Below are positions 12,741 to 25,400 of a stretch of DNA of 64,000 bases, one piece after another. Below the pieces are notes generated by a model. It saw only the letters and a list, made by a program, of their open reading frames with translations, was not told where the DNA came from and did no database searches. Numbering within the stretch: position 1 is the stretch's first letter; each line of letters starts with the position of its first letter. Source of the DNA: Cycas panzhihuaensis (taxonomy: Eukaryota; Plantae; Cycadophyta); contig CM041465.1 of NCBI GenBank assembly GCA_023213395.1, positions 123,077,741-123,141,740 of the forward strand. The letters are read 5' to 3'. A program made the position numbers and the translations under genes.

Positions 12741-13790
12741 TGATCTGAATTTGAATAGAAAAGTGAAGACTTGGTCTAATTAAAACAAATTCAGGAACAA
12801 TATACAATATCTTATATTATATTTTAAAAATATTTATTTTTCCTTACAAAATTTTGTTATTTTTCTTCACTCTACTGAGCATGAATAGAACTGCTACATA
12901 TTTGGGATAAAGAAATATGTATTGGGCACAACTAGGCTATTGTGTCTCGTCTACAATGGTCACCCTCTACTTAGTTGCATGCTCGCTATTGGGAGTTTTC
13001 CAAATTAGGGTGTCTTTTAGGGATTTCTACGATTACCTCTTCTCTCCCTAGTTACACCCAAAGTTTACTCAGGTCTCCTCTCTTCCCTATGAATAGGTCT
13101 GGACCTGCGTTGTTTTGTTTATATTCTTTTCCTTTATCTATTACTCTTCTGTGAATGCTACTTATCTCTAGGAAATAGCAAACTCCCTTCATCTTAAAGA
13201 CTGCTACCCTTCTCTTTTCTTTCTCTTTGCTCTTTTCTAAGACATTGTAGACTCCACATGTGCCTTACATGCCTTTTATATGTCCATGTATTCAGCCTTC
13301 CATCTTCTATGCATTCTCCATTTAAATCTTCATTTTTCTTTAAAAATAACTGATGAAAAATAGTTTATAAAACTATTTTCTAACTTCTCAATAGGTGTCT
13401 GTCTATTCTGGACATTTCTAGTGATCATACGATCACTTTTAAGCCATTAGATCTTCATCTGGTCATGCCTAGTCATAGTCTAGTTGTACTTGGCTATAGT
13501 CTAGTCACACCTAGTTGTAATTTGGTCGCACTTGGTTGCACTTTGGTCGCACCTGGTTACACTTCAGTCATACCTAGTTCTAGTTCAATCATACCTGTGA
13601 ACTTCTGGTTGCACCTGCATATGTTTTTTATCATATTTATAGACTTCTAGTTGCACCTATAGACTTTTGGTTACACCTGCAAATTTCTAGTTACACCCTA
13701 TCAAATATGGTCACATCCTAAATGCATTTTCTCTGCTTTTTAGTAGTTGAAATTACATTCTTAAGATTTAATAGATTTAAAAACAAATTA
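12741..13790 (-). repeat. 3' LTR of the CRM-like element
   Basis: About 85% identical to 18476-19473 (18 mismatches in the first 120 bp), with an extra ~55 bp near 13050-13110. Confidence 0.95.
13459..13720. repeat. Degenerate 10-11/21-bp tandem array within the LTR (also 19140-19400)
   Basis: Units resemble ctggtcgcac / ctagtcacac / ttggttgcac. Confidence 0.85.
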
Positions 13791-13829
13791 GAACTCCCTC
13801 TTTTTATGAGTTCATAGCCTTATAAACCT

Positions 13830-16800
13830 TATAAATGTAAATGAGGAAATTTAATTCTTCCTTTCTCCCTATTATACCATTTTGCTTTGTTGGGCACTTA
13901 TCCTTTTTCTGTAATCTTGAAGGAATCAATTGTACCTCTTCTAGTCTTGGTCTACTTCTTTTGAAGAATGTAATCATTTTGTATTGGTTCTTCTTTCTCC
14001 ACTTGCAATTCTTCTAGATTTGGCAAAAGTGGAACTCTGTCTTCATCTTCATCAAATATGGATGGCTCGAATATCTTTAGATTCTTAATGTTCATGACTG
14101 AATACATCTTTATGAATTCTGGAAGTTCAAGCTGAAAAGTATTTCTCCCAATCTTCTTCAATATTGAAAAGGGACTATAACAAATAGGCTTTAGCTTTTT
14201 ACCTTCACCTTGTAATCTTTTCTTATTGAGATGCAACCAAACTCGATCTTCTTCCTTAAAGGAATGGTTGGTTATATGTACATCATGCCTTTGTTTATAT
14301 CTCTACTGAGATTTTTGAAGCTACTCCTCAACTTGTTGATGGACTTTTCAAATTCTTTCCAAGAATCTTTGTGCCTTATCTTATCCTTCTTCATCCTTTC
14401 CATTTCCTGTAGTAAGTTGAGCTAAACATTCTAAATCAAATAGACTTATAGGCAAAAATCCCAAATATACCTCAAATGGTAATTTCTGAGTTGAGCTATG
14501 GGCTACTCTATTGAAGATAATTTGTAGGTATGGGAGACTTTTATCCTAAGTCTTAGGATACTTGCCATTATATCCTTGTAATAGTTACACCAATGTATTA
14601 TTGACAACTTTAGTCTAGCCATCTGTTTGAGGATGAAAGGCCATGCTTATCTTCAACTTTATGTCCATCATTCACCAAAGAATTTGCCAAAAATAACTAA
14701 AAAATCTATTGTCTTGATTAGAAATAATTGAGTTGGGAAGCCCAAAATGCTTCCAAATATGCTAGAAAAATAATATAACTATGTCTTCTTTTATATGTAT
14801 CTTCCTACATGGAATCAATGCCACTATTTTATCGAATCGATTAATAATAGTAAATAAACAATCTATACCATTTTTGGTCTATAGTAGTCCTCTGAGGAAA
14901 TCCATGGAGATACTTTCCCATGGTCACGATGGAACCTGAAGTGAAGTGTATAATCCAAATTGCCTATTAGCCAGATTTGATATGCTACATAATATACATC
15001 CTCATATTACTATAGTCACATCCTACTTCATATTGGGCCAATGCATATATCATTACAAATTTAATAATATTTTTCTCACTTCAAAGTGTCCTACGACTTA
15101 AGAGGTGTGAGCTTCTCTTACCCACTTCATTCAGTCTACATGCTTTGGAATGTAAAGCTTATCAAGCTCAAAAAGTAGACCATCTTTCAACTGAAAATCA
15201 GTAACTACTTTTCCCTATTGTAGCTGCTCTAAGATATGCTTGAATGCCTCATCTTCTAAGTACAAATCAACATATTCATCATGGCAGAAAAGCTAAAATT
15301 ACATAGCTACTAATAAGCTTGAAATACCTTGCTATTGAGGAGGTCTAGACAACAAGTCTATAATTTTGTTTGATATGCCTTTCTTGTATTTAACAGCGAT
15401 GTGGAACTGCTGTAAATAGGACATCCACTTGTGGTCGGTGTGGATGACCACCTCTTTTCCCAACAAGTAAGGTCTCCAATGCTTAACTACTTGATGTAAT
15501 GCATATAGCTTCTTATCGTAAGTTGGGTAGTTTATGACATCTTCATTAAAAGTTTATGAATGGTATGTAGCCGATCTTTCCTCTTGCTTCAACATTGCTC
15601 CCATGGTATAGCCTAAAGCATCGGTCTCAAACTCGAATAGCTTCTGTAATAAGGGTAAAGCCAATACTGATGGCTCATAAATTTTTTGCTTTAAAAGCCT
15701 AAACACTTTCTCTTGTTCATTACCCCAAACGAACTTTGCATGCCCTCATGTCAGTGCATATAGAGGTGTTGTAATTTGAGAGAATTTGAAAATAAATTTC
15801 CTTAAATATTGACATGCACTAATAAAACTTCTTACCTCTATGGTTGTTTTGGGTGTGGGCTAATTAAGAATGACTCAAATCTTTGCTGGGTCAATCTTTA
15901 ATTCTCCTCCTCTAACTACAAAACCCAAGAAGATAAGAGATTACTTTTTAGACTCATACTCCTTTAGAATAAGTTTTAGCTAGTACTCTTGGAGAACTTT
16001 GAGTACTTGCTTAATATATTAGAGGTGCTCCTCCCAAGTATGGCTAAAATTTAAAATATCATCCAAATACACAATTATAAAGTCATCAATAAAGGGTCTT
16101 AATACCCTATTCATCAACCTCATGAAGCTGGCATATGCATTGCATAAACCAAAGGGCATCACCATCCATTTGAATAGCCCTTGCTTCAATTTGAAGGTTA
16201 TCTTTCAAGTGTCCTCCTCCCAGATTCAAAACTGATGGTAACCTGATTTCATGTCTAACTTGCTGAAATATCTTACGAACTGTAGTTGGTCCAACAAGTC
16301 ATCTATCTAAGGTAAGGGATGTCAATTCTTTATGGTGATCTTGTTTAATGCCTAGTAGTCAATGCACATTCTCCATCCACCATCTTTTTTTGGCACTAAA
16401 ACAATAAGTGAACTACAAGGAAAATAACTCAGCTTTATCACTTCTTACTCCAAGAGTTCTTGAATTTACTTCTTAATCTCTTCATTCTCTAAAACTAAGT
16501 TTTGATAGACGCTAAGATTGGGCAAAGATGAATCAACAACTAGCTAGATTTCTTGTTCAATTACCCTTCTAGGGGGCAGCCCTTTTGACTCATAGAATAT
16601 GTTATTATACCTATTCCTTAGGCCTTCGATTTGCTACACTTGTTTCCTTTCCAATGCCTACGTTGAGGACTCTACTTGCTCATTTTCTTCCGTATTCTTC
16701 TTCACCATTAGCAACATAAATTTCGCACAAGCATTAATCAAACTTTTCACTTGTTGGGAGGATATAAGGGTGATCTTCCTTTGTGGCTTTGATGCATTGA

Positions 16801-18370
16801 TCAAATATGATTTCCTATCTTTGATGAGTCGAATCTTTTGTAACCTCCTATGATGGACTCCATCTCTATCATAAAGATATAGGCTGCCAAAAACAACTTG
16901 ACAAACGTCCAAAGGAACCACTTCACATTCAACTTCATTACTGAACTTTTTAGAAATTACAAATTTGAACTTACATTAGTGAGTAACTTGTAGCTCTGAG
17001 TCTTTTTGTAGCCATCCAAAAGGATACGGTTTTAGATGTATATGCATCTTTAATCCCAGCTTCTTTACTAACACCTTGGAGATTAAGTACTTTTGGCTAT
17101 CTCCATCAAAGATGGCATCGACCATACTTTGCTTCACTTGGATTCTCACCATGAAGAGTTCCTCTCTAATATTTAGATCAACTTATTACAGGCTATTTTT
17201 GGGCTTAGCATTAGCCATAAGCATCAGCTTCTCATTGGCTCCTTTAGTGTCACAAACATCTTCATCTCCTATAGAATTAAGTAAAGCTTTATCTTCTGCT
17301 TTAGCTTTATCTTTTCCCTTGTTCTTGGACCACTTCTTTGGAAGTAAAAAGCAACAATCATCTATGATGTAAACCACTCACTTACAATGCGTGCATGAGA
17401 CATTGATTTGAGTGGTGTTGGCTTGTTTTTTCTTGCCAAAACCCCCAATAGATTACTATCCAACTTTTCCTAAAAAGTTCTTTCCTTGAGCAAGTTTATT
17501 GCTACCTTCTTGAGGTGCAAACCTTTTCATCTCTGTGTACACCTTCTTATTCCTTTTCTCTATGGTAATCACTTTCTTGTTGGCTTCATCAAGCAATTTA
17601 ACTTCAAACAATTGAAGTTCTTATTGAATATGTTGGTGCAACTTACCAATATATTTTAGCATTATATCTTTACCAAGAAAAGAGATGCTCAACACAATAG
17701 TTTGCTTCTAAAATTCTATTATGTAGTCTTGGATATTTTTTCCTCTTTCTTGTTGATAATATTTCCATTTAATTATTTGCTACTCTTCATACCCAATAGG
17801 GTAGAATTGCTTCTTTATGAGGGCTTTAAGTTGCTACCATGTGATTTCAACCATATTATGGCATTTGAGGTATGCATTGCACCAAACTAATGTATGTTTA
17901 AATAATTTTAACCTAGTAAAAGTGATTTTCTACTGGTTTTTATACCCAGAAATTGAAAATTAAGTTTCTAGTTCATCCTACTAACCATCTAACTTTTTAG
18001 CATCTAAGGTTCCATCATATATGGGCAATTTAAGTTTTGCTTCTACCTTGAATGGATACACTGTCGTTGAAGGACTTTCATCTTCTTCTTTTTTAGCTTA
18101 CTGGTATTCTACAGGTTCTTCACATGTCTCTTCTTTTACTAGTTTATCTTCTTCTTTCTTCTTACCTTTGGCAGTTGAAGAAAATGCACCTTATTGAGAA
18201 ACTAGCTACGCCACAAGCTGAGTCAACCTGTCGAAGTGTTCCTCCATCTTTATGAACCTTTTCTCCATCTCTTGCTCTAATTCAGCTATCCTCCTTCACT
18301 ATCTATGCTCTTTCTCAAGTGATTTAGTTAAACGCTTACTAGTCAATTGGTATTGAAACCTAGTTTTCAT
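13830..18370 (-). pseudogene. gag-pol of the CRM-like element with chromodomain-like C-terminus
   Basis: VPLDVCQVVFGSLYLYDRD (PR end); VPKKDGGWRMCIDY and VYLDDIL (RT); SISMDFLRGL and AFHPQTDG (INT); ILQKK*TKTRRG..KAKWY tail at 13870-13975. Confidence 0.9.
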
Positions 18371-18475
18371 AAAATCTTTTGTACAATAAAATAAAGATGT
18401 TTTTTTTTCTCTCTTTCTTCAAAAATCCCTAAAATCTAAAGGGTTTTAAAGACTGAGCTCTGATACCCAAAATAT

Positions 18476-19473
18476 TGATTCAAATTTGAATGGAAAAGTG
18501 AAGACCTAGTCCAACTGAAATAAATTCAGGAATAATATACAATATGTTACATTATATTTTGAAAATATTTGGTTTTCCTTATAAAATTATGTTATTTTTC
18601 TTCATTCTACTGAGTATGAACATGATTGCTACATATCTGGGATAAAGAAATGTGTGCTGGGCACAATTGGGCCACTACGTCTCATATGGAATGGTTATCG
18701 TTTACTCAATTACATACTTTCTATTGGAAGTTTTCCAAATTAGGGCATCTTTCAGGGACTACTACGACTACCTCTTCTCTCCTTATTTTATTTCTATGTT
18801 TTTCCTTTGTCTATTCCTCTTTCGTGGTTATTGCTTGTCTGTGGGAAATGGCAAACTCCATTCATCTTAAGATTGTTACCATTCTCTTTTCTTTCTCTCT
18901 AGTCTTGTCTAAGACTCCGTAGACTCTACATGTATCTTACTTGCCCTCTGTGCCCTCCATGCATCTGTGCATTTGGCCTTTCCATCTTCTGTGCATTCTT
19001 CATTTAAATCTTTATTTTTCTTTAAGAATAAATGATGAAAAATAATTTATAAAACTATTTTATAACTTCTTGACAGGTGTCTGTCTATGCTGGATGTTTC
19101 TAGTAATCATATGATCACATTTGAGCCATCAGATCATTGTCTAGTCACACTCAGTCGAAGTCTGGTTGTACTTGGTTATAGTCTGGTCACACTTGGTTGC
19201 AGTTTGGTCACACTTGGTTGTGCTTTGGTCGCACCTAGTTTTAGTTCAGTTGCACCTAGTTCCACTTTTATAACACATAGTTCTAGTTCGGTCACACTTG
19301 CGTACTTCTGGTTGCACCTGCATATGTTTCTCATCACACCTACATACATCTAGTTGCACCTGTAGATTTTTTGTTACACCTTATCAAACATGGTTGCATC
19401 TTGAATATGTTTTCTCTACTTTTTAGTATTCCAAATTATGTTCTTAGGATTTAATAGATCTAAAAACAAATCA
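18476..19473 (-). repeat. 5' LTR of the CRM-like element
   Basis: TG..CA termini, adjacent to the PBS. Confidence 0.95.
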
Positions 19474-22449
19474 ATTAAGATGGTGCTTTAGTTATATATT
19501 TAATTCTACATTGTAAAGAATAGATGCATATAGAGCAGTATCATAAATAGTATTCTTATATTCACACATTCTTTAGACTATTATCATGGTATATAGCTCA
19601 TCAGTCTTATGGCTTATTACATTATTATATTTTAAGTTTAGGTAGTCTAAAAGAAATTATAGTACATTATTGATATCAAAGAAATTTTATTTTGTTATAT
19701 AGGGTACTTGATAAGTTGAATCATGATAGCTTCGTATTAGAGAAAATTAGTTTACTATTATCGTGATTAGCAAGGGTAAGGTTATTATATATTATTTCCT
19801 AACTCTCGAGAACAACATGGACATTATGATGTATAGGTATGTATAAGTATGCTTTGTTACTCTTTCACTTCATTGATTTGATACATCATGCTTTTAAATT
19901 GTTGAAGTGTGATTTGTTTGCTTACTTTGTTATTTACCTATGTGCTTATAACTAATGATGAGTATGACTTCGATTGATGGCCATTAGTCCATCCATTGAG
20001 CTCTTTAAGTAGGAACAAATGTTACTTTCCCCTTTTGTAATATTCTTTTTCCCTCATTTAGATCCATCAAATCCATCTTATTATCCTATATCACCTGTTT
20101 CTAATTATATCTACACTTAAACTTCTTCATTGATGAGTTTTAGCTAGATTACATATGTTTTTATTAAAAAAAAATTCATCTACTACCAAATCACTAGCAA
20201 TTTTGATAGCAATAGTGATACTGTGAATATATTTGTAGTATGACTATCACCTATCTAAATCTAGGTTTATCAATGATAGTTGGCACATTAATACAATTTT
20301 GGTAGTTTTGGTTAGACTACATTGGCCCTCAGTCAGCTCCTATTAGATTTAAATGGCCCAAGAGGCTAAATCTCACCTAAATCTTCACTTTCCCATGTAA
20401 ATTTACATCAAACCATAAACAAAACTCATAGATTTGGTTTGATGGATTTTGCCTACATTAGAGACTAAAAACCACCCACCCTACACCTTGGGTTCATCTA
20501 CACAATCCTCTTATTTTTTCATTAGAAAGAAGGAGACCAAGATAGATAAACACCATACTATTATACTGCTACAATTTCACTAGAGCTTGGTAATCTTGCT
20601 CTACATCTTATCACATTTTTTATAGTATCTTAGAAGCACTACACCAACTCAATTTTGGAAACCCTTGAAAGGGAATACTTGTAGCCATTATCCACTTCCA
20701 TCTATTTGAGATAGGTAATCCTTTCTCCTTATATTGGTATTTTGTTTTTAAGTTATCTTTGCTTCTCATTTTTTATGGCATGTTTCATATAAATTGGTAG
20801 GATTTGTACTTCCTTTTGGTATTATATGTCTTTTAAATAATAATTTATTTTCTTACTTATTTTTGCTACTTCATATACCGTTGGTTTTACAGTTGCAAAG
20901 GGGAAGGTAGTACCTAAGTACTCTTAGGGGGCCCACTAATATTTGGGGGACAAGAGCCATTCTAAGGGTCATTTTCCCTTTATTACTTGAAACTTTTAGT
21001 ATTATTTTATTTACTCTTAAGTTAGCTTTACACTATTAAGATATTATACCCATCTAGTTATCCTTTAGTAGAACAATCCTCCTTGCAGGTTTATAATCTT
21101 GTTATAGGAGGAAGAAGGAGGCTAAGAGTCATGTCCACTGCTAACCCAACCACTTGGAGCATCTTACCACAAATCCTTTCAACATCAAGCTACTAAGAGG
21201 CAAGGCCAAAACATCAAATTTATTCTTATATCTTTATTTTAGAGCACTTTAGTTTCACTTTTTTCTATCATAAGCATATTCGACAAGTATAAATACTATC
21301 AAATTTACTTTAAATTCATATAACAATTTTCTTTTGTTGTCATTTGCTCCTTAGGACACTCATAGAAAGTTGAAGGAAAGCTTAGCATAACCAACAATAA
21401 CTAATTCTACCAGGTACCCTCTCTTTTACTTAGTCCATTGCTTTAGTTCCATTTAAATCAAAAAAAGAAAGAAAGAAGTTTCTTCATTTCATTCTCTAAA
21501 AGGAAAAGAAGGAAAAAAGGAAAAGGAAAAAGCTTGGAAGATAGGCTTCTTAGGCCTATTTCCTTTTTTTTTCTTTGTAATTTTCATTCGAAAAAACATG
21601 GAGAAAATAAAAATAAAGAAGAAAGATTTGTATTTTCCTTTACTTTCCCCTTTCCCAAAAGAGAGAAGAAAAGAAAAGGAAACATTTGCATCTTTTTTCC
21701 TTAACCATATCAAATTGCATTACATTGTTTTAGGATTAAGAGTCCAAACCTTTATGTACAAATAAAATAACACCTAAATCATAAGAAGGGATCATATTAT
21801 TATGAGTCCCAAATCTATAGAGAAATATTGCAACCTTACCTAGAGTAAGTTGGTTGTTTTCATTGAAAAAGAAAAGCTTATAGTTGTATTTAGGCACATG
21901 TTATAATCCCCTTAGCTAACTATAAGTCCCTTAATCCAACACCATAAGCCAACTCGAATTCACTTGTATATACCAACTGCCCAAACACTAATTTCCCCTT
22001 AGTTTGGCCTCCTTTCCATGGGCCACTTATATAGTTCCCTTGCAACTATGCTTAATAAGCACGCAGATGCCCAAGTTAGTATCATGGGATATACCCACTT
22101 TCATTAGGTATTTTCACCTTAAGACTCTTAAATAAACAAAAGAAGTATCAATCCATCATACCAATGCTTTAAAGTGTTTCATCGGTGACCATACTAAGGA
22201 CTTGCCAATAGGAAAGCTTCTAGAACATCTAGGCATTTCCATCTTCCCCTCTCACCTTGGGTTTAGTTAAGGTCTTCACTTTGTATCACATAAGAACCCT
22301 ACTTTAATCTTTTCCTATTTAAGTTGGTTGATTATCCCTTTAATGTGATGCTTCTCTTGTCACTTACAAGGTCTTCTCCCCTTAAATTGTGATCCAACTT
22401 ATACCCCCATTTTATTAAGTGACCAAGAGTCACGAACAGTGGGCCACCA

Positions 22450-25400
22450 TTCTAACTATGCATATGATTTATATGCCTAGGATTAGCCTCAATAGAAGCA
22501 CCATATCCTTATGAAGATCCTACCCATATAGGTGGTGATTCTCCATATTGTTCACATGACCTAATTGAGCTATATTAGGGCTCAATAAGCCCCCATGCCC
22601 ACATCATCGGGGGACCTCAACCTTATGATCTTGTTCAGGATCTATAGAAAGTTCTATCTCCTTTTCTCACCCATTTCAAATAGTAAGGAGGGTAGATTCC
22701 CCCTTTTAACCAAACTTGTATGCCTCCATAGGATATGATAGAGGCCTTAAGGGCCCACTTCGAACTAGCAGTAGGAGAAACCACTCCAGGATGGGCCCAT
22801 AGGTTACTCTTTACCATAACCTTGACTTTTGCTCCAATTCCTCCCTTCACTTCTATTCAAATAACTACACCCCCTCTTCAAGAGGTAACTTCTACATATG
22901 CTTCCATAGGTGTTCTGCTAGGTGAAGGAGTTACATAAGCCCAAGTCCACTCTTAAGTTATAATGAGCATTCACTATTTAAAACTAAATATTCCCCAACC
23001 AAACATAACCTTGGTCCTACCAGTCATTCCTACTATTCCTCCACATCCTTAATATCTAAGACAAGGAGGAGGAATACCTGTTTGCCCCTATCTGTAGTAG
23101 GTTGATCCCTCACTTTATGTTCCATTAGGTTATATATCACAATAATGGGGGCATGGGGGTTCCCATCCCTAATCTACCTATGGGATAGATTCACTCCATC
23201 CCTATGGGGTTGCTCCTCTTATAAGAGGGCCTTTTGGATAAAACCCTCTTCCACACCCTACTTCCCATGTGATGCAACCCATTCCACCCTTGTTCCTCCT
23301 TCAAGGAGGACCCGTGGCACCTTATGTGCTACCTTATCATACTCCTATTTCTGAAAGAGAAATGGCCCATGCCATTCCCTCCTATTCCACTCAAATACAA
23401 AGTGGGCTGAGGAATCCTCACCTCCCTCCATACCTTATTTACCTATACTCAAGTTTGGTTCCTCCCCATTAATCAAGAGGGACCCCTTACCCCACATATT
23501 CATATGCCCCTCACCAATAAGGGCATACCTCTTACCCTCTGCATCCATCTTATCCATCCTACACTAGAGTATGATATTATCCTCCACCTACATATCCCTC
23601 TTTTGATGCTTTGGCTTAATTAGGGGCACATCCTTTTATATACTATAAATCAAGCCCCCTCTTCATTGAAGCTTTAAGGACTAACTTACCCCCTTATATG
23701 CCAGAAGTACCTAAATTTTATGACACTTCAACCTAAGACCCTATTGATCATGTAAGGGTATTTGCCATGGGATGTATTGATTATTAGGTGCATGACCACA
23801 TTCTAATGAAGCTCTTCCCTTGGTCACTCTAGGGAGACATCCTCAAGTAGTTCTATCACCTTTTAACCCATTCAATCAACTGCTTTAAATAACTAGTTGA
23901 CTCATTTATGAACTATTTTGACATTGTAAGACCATTTAAGAGTGGGGCTAAAGTCCTTTCACTTAAATAAGTCCAAGATAAGCTCAACAAAGATTTCATC
24001 TAACATTTCCATCATCTCCTTCATTACTTGAAAACCACGTTGCCCAAGAACTTAAAGGGAGACATCTTTGTCAATGCTTTGTGCCCTGTGGTCTACATTG
24101 AGGTCCTCAAGATGGGGGCAATTATATGTGACTCAACCATAGACAAGTGCTTGGTCCTTGAATCTATTGAGATTAAAGTTAGTCTAAAAAGATTAACTAA
24201 AACACACCATGTCATGAGGTATTGCCTCCCTCATGCAACTAGATGCGGATAACAACCTACATCCAAGTCTTCTACTAGTATTCTTAATAAGACTTTAGAC
24301 CCCTTCACTTCCATCGTTCATTCCTTTAAATGTGTGCTAAAAGATCTAATTCTTTAATCATTATAAAACCAAAATGACCATAATCCCAAGAATAAAATTA
24401 TAGGCCAATTCATCAAATTTCCCAAACCATGCTGCCAACAAAAGAGGGCCCCCAACCTTCACAAGAGAAGAGGGTAAGCCCCTCTTCTAAAAAGAAATGG
24501 TGTTTAGTCTATAACTAATGAACCTATGATGATTCTTAGTGTTAGACTTAAAACTTCAAACTCACTCCATTTAGGGATCCCCCATCCCAAACCACGTTGA
24601 AACCAAATCTCAACCAACCCATCCATCAAGATCCCTTTCCTAATCATGACACCGATAACTAAGCACCAAAACACCAAAACTAGTAAGGTAAGGCTACCCT
24701 TAACCTCAACATAAGGGTACCCCTCCTCCCTCTTCCTTGGGTCAACCCAAGGGCAAAGCCTTAATTGATTTATTGTCTCCCTTGAGCCCTACAACTCAAA
24801 CAACACAATCATGCCTTAATCTTAAGGGCAAGAGGGTCATCCAATTGCTTGAGAGCACTCAAGTATACCCTATGACCCATTTGCAAATAGTGAAGGATGC
24901 TGATGAGGCCTCCACTTTATAACAACAACCTCCCCTTGAGATTTCTCCCATAGAGATCTTGGTTATCCTAAAGATGATACCTACTTAGCTAAGATGTTAT
25001 GATTTTAGAAGGGCCCTTCCTCAACACATGAGTAAGGGGAAGACCTTCTCTAGCATCGATGAACTCCATACCGTATCTACTAGAACGTCCATGATAGACG
25101 TCTTGTAGAGTTTCCCTTATCAACAAGCCTTCCTCTTATAGGCTCTGGGTCAAAAAGTAGCTCTTATTCACATACTATGTACCACATCATAAGGCCAATC
25201 TCTATTTCCTTTAATCCATATGATTTAATATCTGCCAGAGAGACAAATCTACTAGTATTACCCCTTTACCACCATAATTGAAACACTTGAGTTTGCTTTA
25301 AAGAGGACTGTTGTGGACAATAGTTCCTCAGTAAATACGATGCCTATTTATATGCTCAAAAAATTGGGCATTAAGGCTCTTGAGCCTCTCCCTTGGAAAT

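Larger units (their letters stand above)
12741..19473 (-). mobile_element. Complete Ty3/gypsy chromovirus (CRM-like), decayed, TSD ATTAA
   Basis: LTRs at 12741-13790 and 18476-19473; TSD attaa at 12736-12740 and 19474-19478; PBS reverse complement at ~18457-18468; PPT reverse complement at 13791-13805; gag-PR-RT-RH-INT order. Confidence 0.95.
11530..19790 (+). mobile_element. Older LTR (3' part), split by the 12741-19473 insertion; same family as 60900-62105
   Basis: 12520-12650 (aagtactctag..ttttaaatggttgggtggtgaatacctc..aaaagataaat) and 19480-19630 align collinearly with 61590-61900. Confidence 0.65.

Noticed and set aside
13465-13650. ORFs 13465-13650 and 19087-19353 with repeated LVxLG motifs
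   Set aside because: They are translations of the LTR tandem array, not genes.
21460-21713. Lys/Phe-rich ORF
   Set aside because: Low-complexity purine/pyrimidine tracts.
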